From positions 95,542,001 through 95,606,000 of the forward strand of contig OZ024740.1 in NCBI GenBank assembly GCA_964016885.1: 64,000 nucleotides of DNA. Direction: 5' to 3'. Within the stretch, counting starts at the first letter, position 1; each line of letters begins with the position of its first letter. The notes beneath the pieces were generated by a model, which worked only from the letters and a program-made list of their open reading frames with translations, was not told the DNA's origin and did not search any database. This DNA is from Eledone cirrhosa. Lineage: Eukaryota. Shown here piece by piece: positions 13,922-27,939 of the stretch. The position numbers were made by a program, and so were the translations under genes.

Positions 13922-14057
13922 TGCTTTACGATCGTTTCTAGCTGAGGATAATACATCGTAACTATACTTCGATATCGATCTATGTAAGGTTAGTTACAAA
14001 ATATTAGATAACGAGAATATTTACTTACATGCATATCACCAGCTATTGTCAAAACCA
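13922..14057 (-). ncRNA. Type-I hammerhead candidate (U3-A8 variant, long loop II)
   Basis: tggtt-TTGACAA-tagctg...cagcta-GAAA-cgatcg-TA-aagca; palindrome ACGATCGT; one mismatch in stem I. Confidence 0.6.
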
Positions 14058-14209
14058 AAAATAATTTTATTCAAAATTAGTAGTAAATTAGTATTATGTT
14101 TAGTTTTATTAACTTGTTTGGAGGTAGTTGAAGTACGATTACATTGAGTTCTAAATGCAGACAAGAGTCCACAAATGACCGTGGATATCTCGGTGTATAT
14201 ATATGTATA

Positions 14210-14287
<78 letters not shown>

Positions 14288-14316
14288 TACATATATATAT
14301 ACATGCATACACACGC

Positions 14317-14368
<52 letters not shown>

Positions 14369-14539
14369 GTATATATACATACACACATGCGCTTACACAT
14401 ATACACACATATAAATCAATGAAATACATATACAATATACAATAAAATAAAAATACAATATACAGTAGAATAGATATATATAATAACATAATTATACAAT
14501 ACAATAAATATACAATACATCCATACACATTCACGTAGC

Positions 14540-14573
<34 letters not shown>

Positions 14574-14576
14574 ATA

Positions 14577-14649
<73 letters not shown>

Positions 14650-14653
<4 letters not shown>

Positions 14654-16098
14654 TAGAAAGTGAGGTTTTTTTTACAAAATGAAAAATAACCGAGGTGTCC
14701 TACACGAGTGGAAGTATAAAAAAAAAGGGATGAAATCGAAAATGCAACTGAAGTCTTATTTTTTTAAAAATATATATATTTATTTGGTTCCTTTACCGGT
14801 TTCGCAGTTCTTCTGCTTTTCAAAAGGTGAGTTGAGATGGAGGGTCTGTGGTTTTTCTCACATCTGGTTGGTCTCTAAATGTTACTTGTTTTATATGGAA
14901 AAACTGGCTCGAAAACCAGGTTTTTCGAGATGTAATTTGATTGGTTTGTCAATAATTATAATAAATTTCGCGCCAGTTCGCGTTACAATAGTTCTTCAAA
15001 TAAGAGAGGGGGGGGGGGGGGTTTGTCACAGGTTGTTTTTTCATATATGAGTGTTTGAATTTCTTTTTACTTGAAAAAATGAGGCTCACAAAGGCTTTTT
15101 TGGGGTTGGTTATAAATGAAATTTGGCTGTCACGTGAACAAGTTTTCATTACATTTTTGCGCCCTTATTTGGAAAACTATTCTGTAGTCTATAGTGAATG
15201 TTATGACAATGGAGAGATAGTGGTCAAGGGAAAAGGGATTGGGAGAAATATTCTGGTTCAGTGAATATGGCCAGCTGTCAGAGTTCAGGTGTCAGAGTTC
15301 AGATTTTCTATTGAGACTGAAGATATGTGTTTATTTGTGTGCTTGTGTGTGTGTATATGTGTGTGTGTGTGTATGTGTGTATTGGAAGATGATTCTATTA
15401 GTAGAGATGGGGGAGGGAGTTGTGTGTGTGTGTATATGGGTGTTATGTATGTGTGTGCGAGTATGTTAGATAGAGAGAATATATATTTTTTGTGTGTGTG
15501 TATATATATATGTGTGTAGGAAAGTGGTTCTATTAGTAGAAATGGGGAGGGTGTTGTAGGTGTGGGGGTTTTTATGTGTGTGTATGGGTGTTATGTGTGT
15601 GGGAGTATGGTTAGCATGTTAAGATGAAGAGAATATATATATATATATATATATATTGTGTGTGTGTATGTGTGTGTGTAGGAAAATGATTCCTTTAGTA
15701 GGAATATTTTTGAATGAACATATTTTCCTGACTTTTTCGTGTTTGCTGTTGTATTGCCAGTGCAAACGTATGTTTAAGGTTTATTTAGTTCGGGTTTTTA
15801 TTTTCTAAAGTAGGTGTTATGTGTGTGTGTGTATGTCATATTGTGGTGTTGACATAATGTATATTAAACCTTATTTAATGTTGGTCTATATTTTTGAATA
15901 AACATATTTTCCTTATTTATTCGCATTTGTTCTGTTGTATTGTTAGCGCAAAGGTAAAATGGGAAGACTTGGAATCTGGGTGTCTTATTACTTGCGCAAA
16001 TGTCTAGATATGCACTTAGTGGTATTTGTCTCGTGGTTGGATCTCGTAATTGTTGGCGATGAACTGTCATTCTGTTTCTGAGTGTGAGTTTTGTTTGT

Positions 16099-16100
<2 letters not shown>
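14650..16100 (-). mobile_element. 3' end of Penelope-like element (same family as 1020-1851): GIY-YIG tail 15864-16100 plus 3'UTR/pLTR
   Basis: YIGQTKLTLRNRMTVHRQQLRDP...KENMFIQKYRPTLN; terminal segment also present at 11430-11560. Confidence 0.85.
14790..14827 (-). ncRNA. Minimal 38-nt hammerhead ribozyme (U3-A8 covariant)
   Basis: cctt-TTGAAAA-gcag-aagaa-ctgc-GAAA-ccgg-TA-aagg; all stems pair, palindrome ACCGGT. Confidence 0.85.
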
Positions 16101-16166
<66 letters not shown>

Positions 16167-16406
16167 CACACACACATGCGTGTGAGAACAGATGTACGAG
16201 GGAATATAGGCAGGCGCCTGTGGACGTGTATGTTGGTATGTATATGGTTGTGGGCGTGTGTGGGTGTGATAGAGAGATTGTGTGTGTATATGTATATGAG
16301 TGTGCATATGTACATATGTGTGTGAACATATGTGTATGCGTATATATGTATGTGGGCGGGTGTGTGTGTACATGTATGTGTATATATGTGTGTGTACGTG
16401 TGGGTA

Positions 16407-16755
16407 TATATGTGTGTGCGAGCGGACTTGTGAAATACCAAACCCAGCATGAGTCCATTGAAGTGTGTCGGACGGAGAGTAGCTGATGGCCAGTATGGCA
16501 GCAAATATTGACCAGAATTTATGATGACGTAGAAAAAAAAACAGCCAAGAGCAAGATAAGAGAGGTAGATGTATTTTGAAACTAACACCCCGGTCAGAAT
16601 ATTTGTCCCGAAAGTATTGCATGTGTCCGAAGAACCTGCAGATCTAGAATCATACAGATCCATACAATGATCGTGTCTCGAGCTATTTGCCGGGGAAACA
16701 ATTGTAACACACAATATACTGAGTCCAGATGCATCACTGATTTTTCGTTTTATAT

Positions 16756-16760
<5 letters not shown>
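16407..16760 (+). mobile_element. ~350-bp hammerhead-bearing cassette, copy 2 (motif at 16622-16711)
   Basis: Homologous to 1910-2263. Confidence 0.75.
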
Positions 16761-16796
<36 letters not shown>

Positions 16797-16801
<5 letters not shown>

Positions 16802-17391
16802 AAGTAAGTCCATAGAATCATTTGATAAAATATATACACTATTTATTCTCCCAATCAGCATAATCAACCACATAAAAAATCAATTAAACGAGGTTATAAG
16901 TTTAAAATGTACCTATGAGGAAACAATAGATAAATAAATAATACCCTTTTTGTTCGCGATCCATAGCTACATAATATTTACCCAGTAGAAATTTACTAGA
17001 CATATAGTTAACCATACACAATTAGGTACAACATCTATGTTAGAAGTAAACATGTACATAAACAGACCAAAATCATGTTTCTACCTCCAGAGGTATCATT
17101 CGCTTTTTGGAAATATCCAATCATGGATAAATCAACGAGTTTCGAAATCATCAGGAATCAAACGCAATTGGACAACTATTTTTCTTAAATGATCCCCGCC
17201 AGAAACGAATTCAAAATGGCTAAGAATTGTCACATGGCCAGTGGTCAAGTCAGAAAGCTTGTGATTGGTGCCTGACGGCGAGCAGGCTGGTTGCCAGAAA
17301 GCGCAGCCGAATACAGCCTAAAGTTTTACTCAACCTTACGGGAGTATATAAAATATAGAGGTTTACATATACATAAACTAGACAGAACCAT

Positions 17392-17429
<38 letters not shown>

Positions 17430-18001
17430 TTTGGCAACCATTCACGGTGCGGCTCAATGACGAATTAATCAATTAAATAATCAACAATCAGAGCAATATA
17501 TACGAAAGAAAGTCCATAGAATCAGCTTTCTGACTTGACCACTGGCCATGTGACAATTCTTATCCGTTTTGAATTCGTTTCTGGCGGGGATCATTTAAGA
17601 TAAATATTTGTCGAATTGAGTTTGTTTCCTGATGATTTCGAAACTCGTTGATTTATACATGATCGGATATTTCCAAAATGCGAATGAAACCTCCGCGCGT
17701 AGAGACATGGTTTTGATATGTTTATGTACATGTTTTCTTCTAACTTTGATTTTGTACCTAATTGTGTATGGTTAACTGTATTTCTAGTCAATTTCTACGG
17801 GCTATTAGAAATACTGGCTAAATCTTCTGTGGCTATGGTTCGCGGATAAAATAGCCATCATTTATTTATATATTGTTTCTTCATAGGTACATTTTAAACT
17901 TATAGCCTCGCTTAATTGATTTTTGATGTGGTTGATCATGCTGATTGCGAGAAGAAATACTGTATATATTTTATCAAACGATTCTATGTACTTACTTCCT
18001 T
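16797..18001. mobile_element. Hammerhead-bearing element: ~704-bp unit followed by an inverted copy (arms 16797-17259 / 17524-18001)
   Basis: Reverse-complement arms; aagtccatagaatca recurs at 16806 and 17510. Confidence 0.8.
17623..17707 (+). ncRNA. Type-I hammerhead, degenerate (mirror copy 17076-17160, -)
   Basis: Two-copy consensus tgtttc-CTGATGA-t-ttcg...cgaa-t-GAAA-cctccggagg-TA-gaaaca; each copy has different lesions. Confidence 0.65.
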
Positions 18002-18021
18002 GTATATTGCTCTGATTGTTG

Positions 18022-18060
<39 letters not shown>

Positions 18061-20131
18061 CATTTACGTCACAAACAAATTATACAAAAGGACCAGGAGC
18101 GAGACTAACATTCTAGAAAACAGACAAAAATAACCCATTACCGAACGCTTTTGCATGTACATTAGAAACCCTTTATGAAGGGGAGGCATACATAGACATA
18201 GATTTAACTGCCCCTCTATCGTGTACGGCTGTTCACTGTACGGAAACAAACTTCCTAACCAACAAAATGCTTGTACAAAACAACTGCCACACACATTTAA
18301 TTCATTGAGATACCCCAACAACCCAGAACATTCCCACTAAAAAAACATCCATTTAAAATCCCGCACCCGTAATCACACTCACATAATATTTAATAACAAG
18401 AGTGTACTTTATTTAATTTCGCCCCATATTAACGTCAATGTATCCTCGTTGAAAACGCGTAAACTAAATTCACTGGCATGGTACTGGGGACATACCACGT
18501 TACAAAACTGTCCGAGTCATAAAGTATTACGAATTTTCCATAGAATATAGAAGTAGACAGCAGCTGACATCGCCGTGGTAAAGATTAATGTTAACTACTG
18601 CAGCGATCAATTCCAAATGATTTCATTCGTTTGATCAATGGGTACACATATTTGTAACCATTGATCAACTTATTCATTTACTATCTATTTCACCTCAGTG
18701 AATGGCCCCAACAAACAATATCCTGCTCTATTGGCTTCTTCTACGTGGAATTCGAACCATAATCACAGCACTTAATGGTTAGGTTTGAAGGCAACTCCTT
18801 ATAATATATGTATTCTACTTTCGATAAGCTATGTTATTCAGGATATGTTTTATTTTCTCCGGTACAATTCCGTTTACATTATAAAATTTGGTCATTTTGT
18901 ATTCTCGTTTTTTAAGACGATAAGATTTGTTTCGAGAAATGTTTCTACTTCTCATTTCTTTGCAGTCAGCCGAACCTAATAGATGATTTATCACTGATGG
19001 TTTGACTTGATCCTATTGAGGTGTACTTGATTTCATATCCAATAAAAGGAACGTCATTTTTCTCCACCCTCTGCAAAAAGAGAAATAATTATAGCATAAG
19101 ATTGTAATTTTTGTACAAGTTGATCTAAGGTTGCAAATGTGTTTTAATGGAATTTGAAACGATCTCTGAAATGTTACAGGAGAAATGCAGACTTGAATCT
19201 AAATATTAATAATTCATATTTTTAAACGAATATACTAATGTTTCCTAATTAGCTAAATATCAAATTTTCAATTTAATAGCTTAACAATGATGAATAATTT
19301 TCTAAACATTTGTTAATTCGTTACAATATTATGATATTTGCAGCATTTATGTTTTACATTTTCTATTATTGAATAAATATAATTCGACACTAGGTTGCAG
19401 ATGAATAGCGTAAACATATGCGTTTTGTGAACGAGGTTTTTAACGTTTTTAACTTGCGAGACTGTCACAAATATCTTGCTTCAAAGCTGTGCAATTAAAC
19501 TTAATTGGTTCGTTTAATATTACCTTCGAATAAAGTATATGCATCTTTAAGTTTTCTACAATCTCCGCCAAAATAACCTAAACCGGACAATATGAGATGT
19601 TAGATTATTTTATCTCCACTAATGTATAAATGGTCTAACTCGCATGCCAATCATTGCAAATCCTTACAATAGATTTAATGTGATTCTGAAGAAACACTAA
19701 ATATTCACCAGAATAAATGATATTTTCGAAATATACAACATTCAATAGTTAGTTTCCTCTATAGCAGGACGAATTTTGACAATGACTGGAGATTAATCAG
19801 CTCCAACAATATATAAAATATCACGACGTTTCCAACTTCGAAATATATACAAGCTCTGTCGTAGTGTATATTTTTGATGATAATATAATACATTCTAATC
19901 TTCTGTGATATTAGACTTTTAATGGTCACCAAATGAAATATATATTATGTTAGATTATAACAGCAATATACTGATTGTAAATAATTGTAATATCGCGCTC
20001 TCGATTCTTTCATATTCAGTCGTCGCCATTGATATGTATGCTCCACCAGGAATAGTAGTTTCATGATTTTAAGACACTCCCTGAGTATTAAGTTGTTAAA
20101 TCAGGATACACCCCCTTCTCTCTCCCTCTCC

Positions 20132-20166
<35 letters not shown>

Positions 20167-23100
20167 ACGCATGTATATTTGGATATATTTGTATGAGACA
20201 AATATTCGTGTGAGATAAAGATATTTCTAAAATCTGATTCCGATCGTGTATTCTACATTTATTTTCTCAGTCTCGTTCTTAACAGAGGCAACATTATTGC
20301 CCCCCCCCCCCCCCCCCAAAAAAAAAAGTGGAAATGATTTAGAATTAAATACAAAATAGTATAAAATTGAAAGCGAAGGAGATGAAACATGATGAAAATA
20401 CGGTGGAAGTAATTAGCTGTTAAGTCGCTGAGCAATATCATTTGCTGTACAGTTATTGATTTAGTGTGTTGGATGGTGACAAATATCCGTGTATGTCTGT
20501 AAAGGTCGCAATTAAATTAAAGTGGAATTGAGGATGGTAAATGTTGGTTGTATCTGGGTTTTCAAATTGATATGGCTATTAATTTGCTGATCTTTAGTAA
20601 TCTTTAACGGATGATTGATGGCTGTACTATGAAGCTGTCAACTCATAAGCAAGCAGCACATTTATTTCCATTAAAGTTCTTTCCTCGGGTCTAACCTTGT
20701 GACGGTGTATACAAACTGTCGGGCGAGAAGTTCAGCTATTATATACGCGACTATCATAGTTGATACATGAAAAATCTATATCTATATACACCTACCGCCA
20801 CTACCATAGTTATTACCACCACAATCAATATCATTGTGACCTCTAGTTTAGCAAATAACTATTACAAGCTACCAGTTTCAGCTACTGTGAAATAACAGAG
20901 CTTCTAATTCTAAGTTTTGTGAAATTTATGAAAACAAACATTAGATATATTTTTGTACACACTATTAAAAACCATGAATAGGCATATGGTAATTATCATT
21001 GAAATTATTGTGTTATGCCTGCTTGTATAATTTTGATAGGTGATGTAATAAAGGACAATACATTTCATACCAATCCTTGTACTTTGATGTTTCAATTTTG
21101 ATTTTGAACAGGGGAGTTGGTTCGAGCGGGCTAGACAGAAAATAATAATACCATTAATGGAAGATAATAAAAACGCTGCAAATTTTTATATCCTCCAATT
21201 TCTATTTCTTAAATGACATATAACATTCTAGCAATTCGTACGCATTGTGTACAGTGAAAATGTTCATGTAACGTTTAATCTTTATTGTCATTTTGCTTGT
21301 CATATATAACAGTAGTAATAGCCAGAACAGATATATCTAATTATTTTAGGTATACATTGTCATAATCGTACGCACCGTGATGATCAGATTTGCACTAAAT
21401 CGATAAATATAACAATAATATATAATTAATATTGATTATATCACTACGAACATTATAAGGTGTCTAAATCCTTATTCTCTAATAACATTAATCTGCTGTT
21501 AATGATATGGAAGAATGTAATAAAACATAAAAATGTATAATTTCCGTGGGCTCTGCATGTTAATATTATTTTATTCATCATATGACTTACTAATCTTATT
21601 CTACTCTATTACATTTATTATAGAGTATTAAGTTTTATTACTCACCAAGGATATTATACCATAAATCCACATTCCATTGGCAGCTCAAGAATGGCCAACC
21701 ATAATTATCGGTATAAAATTGACACAGTTAAGTTTACCCCATATTCTTTATTTAATCTAGTGTCTCATCTAGTCACATTATATTCCGGTTCCTTATAATA
21801 TGGAGTGACTTTGTTTATAAAAAGAGACGCGACTCAGTCATCGGATTTTCCCTGGTAGGAACTGCTACTACCTTGTAGCTGAATTAACTTATGTAACGTG
21901 AAATCAGGGGACATTTCCAAGGGGACAACGCACCGGCCGAGAGCAATTTATTACCCGGTAGACTATATACTAAATTGTATCATAAGAGACTTTTCTCCTG
22001 TACAGTGTTACTAATGATCAATCAGCTCATGTCAGTGATGCCCAAATCTAAGTAACCTAGATGCGATTGATTCCAATTTCTCATATATCTAGACAACTCG
22101 TACCAAAATATTTATCTTTGCTACCAAGACTCCTCAAATATTTTGTCAAGCGTATGGCAAAGGAAATCTTGTTGCGTAAACGGTTAGTTTATGTATGGAA
22201 GTAACTAAGCTCTCTCAAATATGAAGTTATGTTTGACGTTGATGTTTCTTTATTTTCCCTGTGTGTGGTATAACATATTTTCTGTTGATTTTGTAATATA
22301 GAGTAGATAGCAAGAATGTGAGTTGCACACAATTTATTTGGATTGGCAGTATTTTGTGTTTCCCCACTTGTCTCACACTAACGAGACAATAACTACCTAT
22401 TTATTCTAAGAAATGGTTTCCAAAGACAATGTCGGCGTGACGATTACACTAAAACCAGTGAATAGTCTAGAATCAAAATTATTCAGTAATATCTATATGA
22501 GACAGAGAGTGCAATGCACCGTTTCTTCCTCTGTGAAACCAGTTTCTCATCTCATGGGTAACATATATCTTATAAACATCTAATATGATACCGGTTGGTC
22601 TCCGAATTTCTTGTAAAACACTTTTATCAGTTATCAAATACATGGTCTAAAAATGCTGGAATGTCGATGTTTTACTACATGTATATTTAAAAAAGATGTT
22701 TATAATATAAAAACAAGGATGCCAATTAAAAGGCAAGGCGGTTGGCCCGGTTAAATCTAGACAGTGAACTTTTTGTGCGGATTTAAAATCCTAAACATAA
22801 ACCTATCCTAATCATATATTTAAAGACATGTAAATTCAAACATTGCATCCAGAAATTAATAATGACATATGTCTTTTTTTCTGTTGTTCTACCGGCTACA
22901 AATAACAAACCAATATCATTTAAATCAAAAATTCCCTACTTAAGAAAACGGACATATTCCTTTAACTTTACTCTAATATTTAGATCATGTCTGTTCCGGC
23001 GGAATTGAACTGGGGCTTAATATTAATAAAAATAAGATGTTCATATGATAATAAATGATATATGCAAGATTAACACAAAAACAAAATGATGTTTTTATCA

Positions 23101-25269
23101 GCTGAATACTTGTTAAGATCTTGTGAGGCAACCATGTTGTGTAACTTAATTACAGTTTTGATAATCTATTTAGCAATAATTATGATAACTACCGATTTGA
23201 TTTCGATGGTAGATAAATGTTAATTATCAGAAGAGAAGACTAAAATAAATAGATTGTAAAGAACGATAGATTAAGTGTAACGGAATGTTTATACTGTACT
23301 GGACCACCCGTGTCCCGTTGGGTCACGTTCGGGTAAAATTACTTTTTGTAAATCATGTTCACTTAAAAATAATTTTTAAATAATCAAAATATACATTCAT
23401 GCATACAATGTGAAATGAAAATGGAAGGACCATATATATATACGTGTGTGTATGTATATGTGTAAATGGGTGTGTTTATATACATATATATATATGTATG
23501 TGTATGTATATATGTAAATGGGTGTGTTTATATACATATATATATGTATGTGTATGTATATATGTGGGTGCCTGCCTGTGATTCATATACACTAGTCATA
23601 GATTCACACACACACATACCCACACACATATACACACACACTCATACATATCCACCAGCTCTTTCTCTCTCCTTCTTCCATTCTCATTCTCTGTCTCCTC
23701 TTCCTCTCTCTATGTCTCTTTTTCAATCTACTCTCTCACAACCACTATTTCTTTCCCTCTATCCTTCTCGGTTTCTGTTTATGAAGGTACCCAGAAAAAA
23801 AAACAAATTCGCGAAACGTGCTTCGATTTACGCGAAACTTGTTTTATACCATTTGTATTCCGATGTCAGGGTCAACTTCCTTTCAAAGTATGTTGCCATT
23901 ATGGACACTGTTGGCTGTATTATATTACAGAGTAGCAAGCAAGCAATTACAGTTAGTAATATATAGATAATTGAAAAACAAAACAAATAAAATAAATAGG
24001 TATATGAACTAACTAAATGCATTAGATCAAATCGTCTATTGTACTAGCATAATAAGCCTCTAATTGATGTAATTGTACTTAATCATTTATGAAGACTTAA
24101 TTCACTAGATATACACTTAATTTAAATTGTGTAGTTATTAATGAAAATTAGACAAAGTTATTTACAATTTCATTTCGATGTAACGAATGACCAAAACCTA
24201 CTTACTTTATCGTTCACGAGAATATCTATAAAAAAACAATTTAACTCAGGCAAGCAAACTAGCGAAAAATATTTATATACCTTCTTCTTTTCACTAACAA
24301 CAGTGAAACACACTTTTCTGGAATGTTTAGACTGTGGACAGCTTTAACATTTGAGGATGATTGACAAAGTCATAACTTTACTATGGTGAGCAATGTTTTC
24401 AAATCGTTATTCGTTAATTTAATCTGCATGACAGTCACAGCCTAACTCGGTGAAGTTTTAAATCTGGTGCAGTTTGACATCTGCATAGCTATTCAGTGTG
24501 AAACTTCAGCCACGACGCTTCTAGCAGAATTAACAAGTCTGCCCAGTCAAATAGATATGATGTTGTCCTCGTTGTCAAGCGTAACATGATGAATATCTTT
24601 AACAGTCTACACCACGAACACTTTTTGCAAACATGCGTCAGTCGAGATCCAACCATCTACTATCTGCCATCATGTCCATTCATAATTTTCTGGTGTTGCA
24701 AAGATCGGTTGGTAGATAAAAGGTCGTAATCGTTTATTACGACACATATGGCTCCGTTGCATCCATCACAAACGGGTGATCGATAATCTCCAGGTGCACG
24801 TGACCTCAAGGCAGATGTGCATATTCCCTGATTATATTGCTGCCATCCATTCGTAGCTATAGTAAAGCCGTTGCCAGGTGGAGATACCTATGAGCAGACT
24901 GAACATGATTGCTGCACACTCGGCACTCTTCTAGGTGACGGACTGCCTCAACAGTGCGAAGATATTGCATTGCATTTGTATTCTCCATGTTATTATCATG
25001 ACTCTCCTCTCGTAAGTGCCCTTATCTGGCCCGGTCTAGAGGAAATATTTATGGTTTATTTGACGATACTAGATTGCAACAGATCTCCCAAAACGCCAGT
25101 TGCATTTGCCTATATAACTACCCTCCACCTCTTATTGGCATTACCGGCATTGCATTTGCTTGTGACGACGTGTTTTGCCCAATCGAAGAGGGTCCCCGTA
25201 ACATTATAAAACCCGCTACCATCTGGTAGGGAACTGGAAACTGCCTTCACAAACTTAAACCAGCTCAAC

Positions 25270-25730
25270 CCTCCGATCTATGGGGCTCCAATTTCACATA
25301 CTCACGATCAACGCACGGTTATGCATATGACAATTGGACATAATCCTGTTCGATAACACTAGATACAACGTTGTGCTCCTACTTAAACAACACTGTCTGA
25401 CATGTTTCCGCTCTATCATCGAACCACATAGTCGTGCCGGACAAAGCCCATACCTGCTCTCAAACATTGCTTCGCTGGACAACCGAATCTATTTTTTCCC
25501 GCAAGAATGTCCTTCAGATATTCTGACAACGCAAACCCTATATTGGATACACACCAATCGCTTTCTGCATTCATCCGCTGTCTTGCCGTTGCAATGTATG
25601 AGGTCTCCCACGCATGGTGTCTCTCACAACGGCATGGACACCGATTGGGATTGAATCAAGGGAACGGCAAAACAACACTTATATATAGATTCTCCTGTTC
25701 TGGTGCAGTAAGTTCTTCATATGAATTGCA
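25270..25730 (-). mobile_element. Highly decayed RTE-like LINE C-terminal fragment
   Basis: RRIYISVVLP...WET...RQRMNAESDWC resembles the RTE RIYxSxVLPxLLYGxETW...RLNAFxMWC region. Confidence 0.35.
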
Positions 25731-26240
25731 GCATTTCTTTGGATGTGATGATAGGCCCAGACTTAGTTGCATGAAAACATGAAGAACAGCAGTATTTGAA
25801 ATATAGAACGCTTTCTCATAGGTCCTGTAACAGTGGAAGATTTGGTTTACTTAGTATTCTTGCCACATACTACACACAATTATCGGGCGAAGTTGGCTAT
25901 TAGTAAGATTGATCGACGCAATTTAAAACGGCTGTTTTAAGGTGTATATCTCGCTACCGTTTCAGGTAAATTTATAATTAATCTCTCCACTGAGACATTG
26001 AAGGGACTCACCCATGTCGATTTGAATACAGGGCCTTTTCTCCTTTACAGTCAGGGATTGTTGATTGGTGTTGCGATATACACAACTATATATATATACA
26101 GTGAAATAATGTATCATTCCAACATACAGACACATACACACGCGCACACACAGTCACATACACAGGAAAACTTATAGAGAGACATACACCTACACACAAA
26201 CTTCACATACGCACGCACACCATTTCTCTCTCTTTCAAAT

Positions 26241-26300
<60 letters not shown>

Positions 26301-26329
26301 ATGTGTGTGTATGTATATATATATATATA

Positions 26330-27380
26330 TAATAGTTTAACGCTTCATTTAGGAGGGAAAGTGGTCGGCGTGGAGGTTAAACGTAGGGAAACGACTAACA
26401 CCAAAAGTAAACCACTTCCGAAATGGGTAAGGAACGAACACAGACGTGCACGGAAGAGATACCCCTCAAGCATAAGATATGATTTGTGTGTGTCTGTGAT
26501 GGATGTTGGCATGTCTATGCTTACGCGTAAACACTCGCCTGAAAATGCGTCAATGCAACTACATGTTTACGGAAACTGGAAGTAGTGTGAGTGGCGTAGG
26601 CGGTGTTAGGATGACTAGGAGTACAGATGGTTGTGTATATGATGCAACTTATATGTACGCATGGAAATCTACATCATGTACATGGTTAGGCAGAGGTGTA
26701 TGTGTGCGAATCGGAAATTGAGATTCATGTGTGAGTTGAGGTGTATATGTGTGTTGCGTTGTATATATATAAGCAGGTTGTGAATGTGAATATTATATTT
26801 TTTTGCTTGAGTCATGAGTGTGTTTGTGACAGAAAGAATAACGGAGGATATAGGAACTGTGTAGGAGTTAAATCCATTCTGAAAAGTAATTCCAAGATGA
26901 CAAATTACCTTCTCTTCGATCCTTCTGCGAATGGTTGAGGATCTGTAATATAAGATGATATCAGAGACATCGATTATAGTGGTCGGGGGAACGAAAGAGA
27001 CGACCGGTGAGGTTGTCTTTTCAAACTCGTGCTTCCTTCTGTTTTTTTCCGAATCGGTCCTCTTATTGGGGCATTTTGTCCAGTCATGTATTCTGTCAAA
27101 CGTCCTTTGTTTCTGTCAAAGAAGTCCCTTTTGGAAGAGAATGATGAGTCCATGCACGCCAATGATAACAATGTTACTAAGCAGTGAGTTTAAAAACGGA
27201 ATATCCTGGTTTGGAACCGAAGCTCTTAAACACGCTATCATCTACGTAGTAGATTCTAGGAGTTGTTCAATGAGGAATTAGTTACGGTGACATTAAAATC
27301 ATGTATCATAGCTAAATGGTATTTAGTGATAAAAAAATATGCTGGGTTATTTAATGCTTGTCTTTCGGTTGCAAATATTG
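26330..27380 (-). mobile_element. Decayed Penelope-like GIY-YIG 3' fragment plus UTR
   Basis: TIRRRIEEKVICHLGITFQNGFN resembles the PLE C-terminal IxxLxTxxPxGLN motif. Confidence 0.5.
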
Positions 27381-27867
27381 TCATTTTGAACACAACTCTA
27401 TATGTAATGTATTTAATTATGTATGATTCTTGACGATTATTATTTTATTTTTACATTATATCTATTTTATAGATATAAACAATCTAATAAATATTTTTGT
27501 CTCTTTATTGTGTAGTTTAATCAGTGAACAAGTGACATCTTGGCAACAACTTTAGGTCTTAACACTTAGAAAAATATTGATTCGTGTAAAATGCGAGATA
27601 TACATCGAACCGTTTCTATTAACTTCAAGAATTTGGCGTCAAGAAGATTGAGTAACTGTATGCAATTATAACATCTGGTAATTTAAAATCTATTTTCCAT
27701 ATATAGATAGCCCAATAAATAGAATAGTTCAGAAGATAACTAATGTGATTGGAAATACATTTACATCTCATTTGTGCGAAAATATAATATTCTACTGAAG
27801 TGAAATGTCCACACTTTTCTAATAATTTTCTAAAAATTATATAGTATGTATCTATATATCTATCTAT

Positions 27868-27939
<72 letters not shown>

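Noticed and set aside
18420-23400. Possible host exons in non-repetitive AT-rich DNA (also 55.2-58.5 kb and 62.3-64 kb)
   Set aside because: No recognisable protein motifs; short exons cannot be excluded without RNA data
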